DNA from: Epiperipatus broadwayi | Taxonomy: Eukaryota > Animalia > Onychophora | Direction: 5' to 3' | NCBI GenBank assembly: GCA_028023455.1 | Contig: JAQFVV010000005.1 | Span: 7,254,001-7,318,000, forward strand | Length of the DNA: 64,000 bases | In this document: one piece after another, positions 63,150 through 64,000 of the stretch | Position numbering within the stretch: the first letter of the stretch is position 1 | Layout of the letters: every line of letters begins with the position of its first letter | Position numbers and translations under genes: made by a program | Notes under the pieces: generated by a model | What the model was told of the DNA's origin: nothing | Seen by the model: the letters and a program-made list of their open reading frames with translations, nothing else | Database searches by the model: none

Positions 63150-64000
63150 TTAATGACTAAACAAAACAACCTGGAAAATGTTCATAGTAAAAGCATGAAC
63201 AAAATGAAATTTAAAGATGTTATTGAAATGGAAAAATTCAAAAAGTCTTCTGTTGTTACAGTTTCAAGAAAATATTAAAAAAAGTTATTACCTTCCTGCA
63301 ATTGGATATTTATTTTAAACCAGTTTTAAAATTAATGAAATTACTCTTTATAAACAATTTTTTAAGAAATGCCTAACATTAATGAATTTCACTTCTCAAG
63401 AAATTACTAATTATCTCCTTTGCATCTTTAAAAATGAAAAGGAGAACATGTGATTGTCTTAAAGTTTACCATATTATTGGATTGATTCGAAAGATAAACT
63501 TTTGTTATCATTTATTGTTTTACTAGGTTTAATTCTCATAGATCGGTGATTTTGCTATTAAAGTGCCTACGGTTTCCAACCTTTTTTTTTTTTAAAAAAA
63601 AAAAACATTCTAAAAGATTTCACTGGGAAAAAATAATTGAAATTCTTAAATACTTTAACTGAAGTTTAGGTTATAAAGGATATTGTTTTTACTTATTATT
63701 TATTATATATAGACTATGTAATATAGTTGCTTTAAAGTTCTCACAAGAAAAAAACTGGAGTAAAAAAATAATAATTTAAGTTATAAATATTAATTGAATT
63801 TTTGTTAATTATAAATAAACCCAATGAAGCTGATTTAGAAAAACTTAAAAAAGAATACTTTAATCTACAAATTCATTTGAATGACAATGATAATAATAAA
63901 GACATACATTGAGAGGAATTGTATAAAGAACTATGTCTGTTTATAAACTTATTTTCAAGTGAATTATCTAAATTCAAAAATCCACTTGTTTTAAATTATA
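63150..64000 (+). mobile_element. Decayed hAT (ZMYM1-like) transposase C-terminal remnant, running off the window
   Basis: DLEKLKKEYFNLQIHLNDND..DIH*EELYKELCLF...NPLVLNY resembles the region before the hAT dimerisation domain. Confidence 0.5.

Noticed and set aside
1-64000. CRISPR arrays, rRNA, functional tRNA genes and prokaryotic operons
   Set aside because: No repeat-spacer periodicity, no rRNA motifs and no complete cloverleaf; the content is eukaryotic.

Overview
Very AT-rich eukaryotic DNA (probably an invertebrate animal), almost entirely transposon-derived. The only convincing host-type coding region is a C2H2 zinc-finger ORF (2426-4054, minus strand, about 17 fingers) with a decayed finger array immediately upstream. 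Recognisable mobile elements are: a near full-length Penelope-like element (PLE; RT plus GIY-YIG, two frameshifts) with a long inverted 5' copy of its 3' end (23.3-26.9 kb); several PLE 3' remnants; a fragmented L1/Tx1-like LINE (44.8-52.2 kb) carrying two nested insertions; a palindromic Merlin/ISXO2-transposase element; three hAT remnants; two copies of a 1.8-kb TA-flanked TIR element; and several decayed LINE and tRNA-SINE remnants. The most striking signal is a dense set of roughly a dozen minimal type I hammerhead-ribozyme (HHR) motifs from at least five unrelated repeat families. Most of them sit in head-to-head inverted insertions of one shared design (TSD - inverted copy of the 3' end - forward copy plus short extension - TSD). 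They include a non-coding ~430-nt retrozyme-like family, a tRNA-headed HHR element, and two families with non-canonical catalytic cores (A3-U8 covariation; CUGUGGA). All calls were read by eye; no searches, alignments or folding were run, and many boundaries are approximate.
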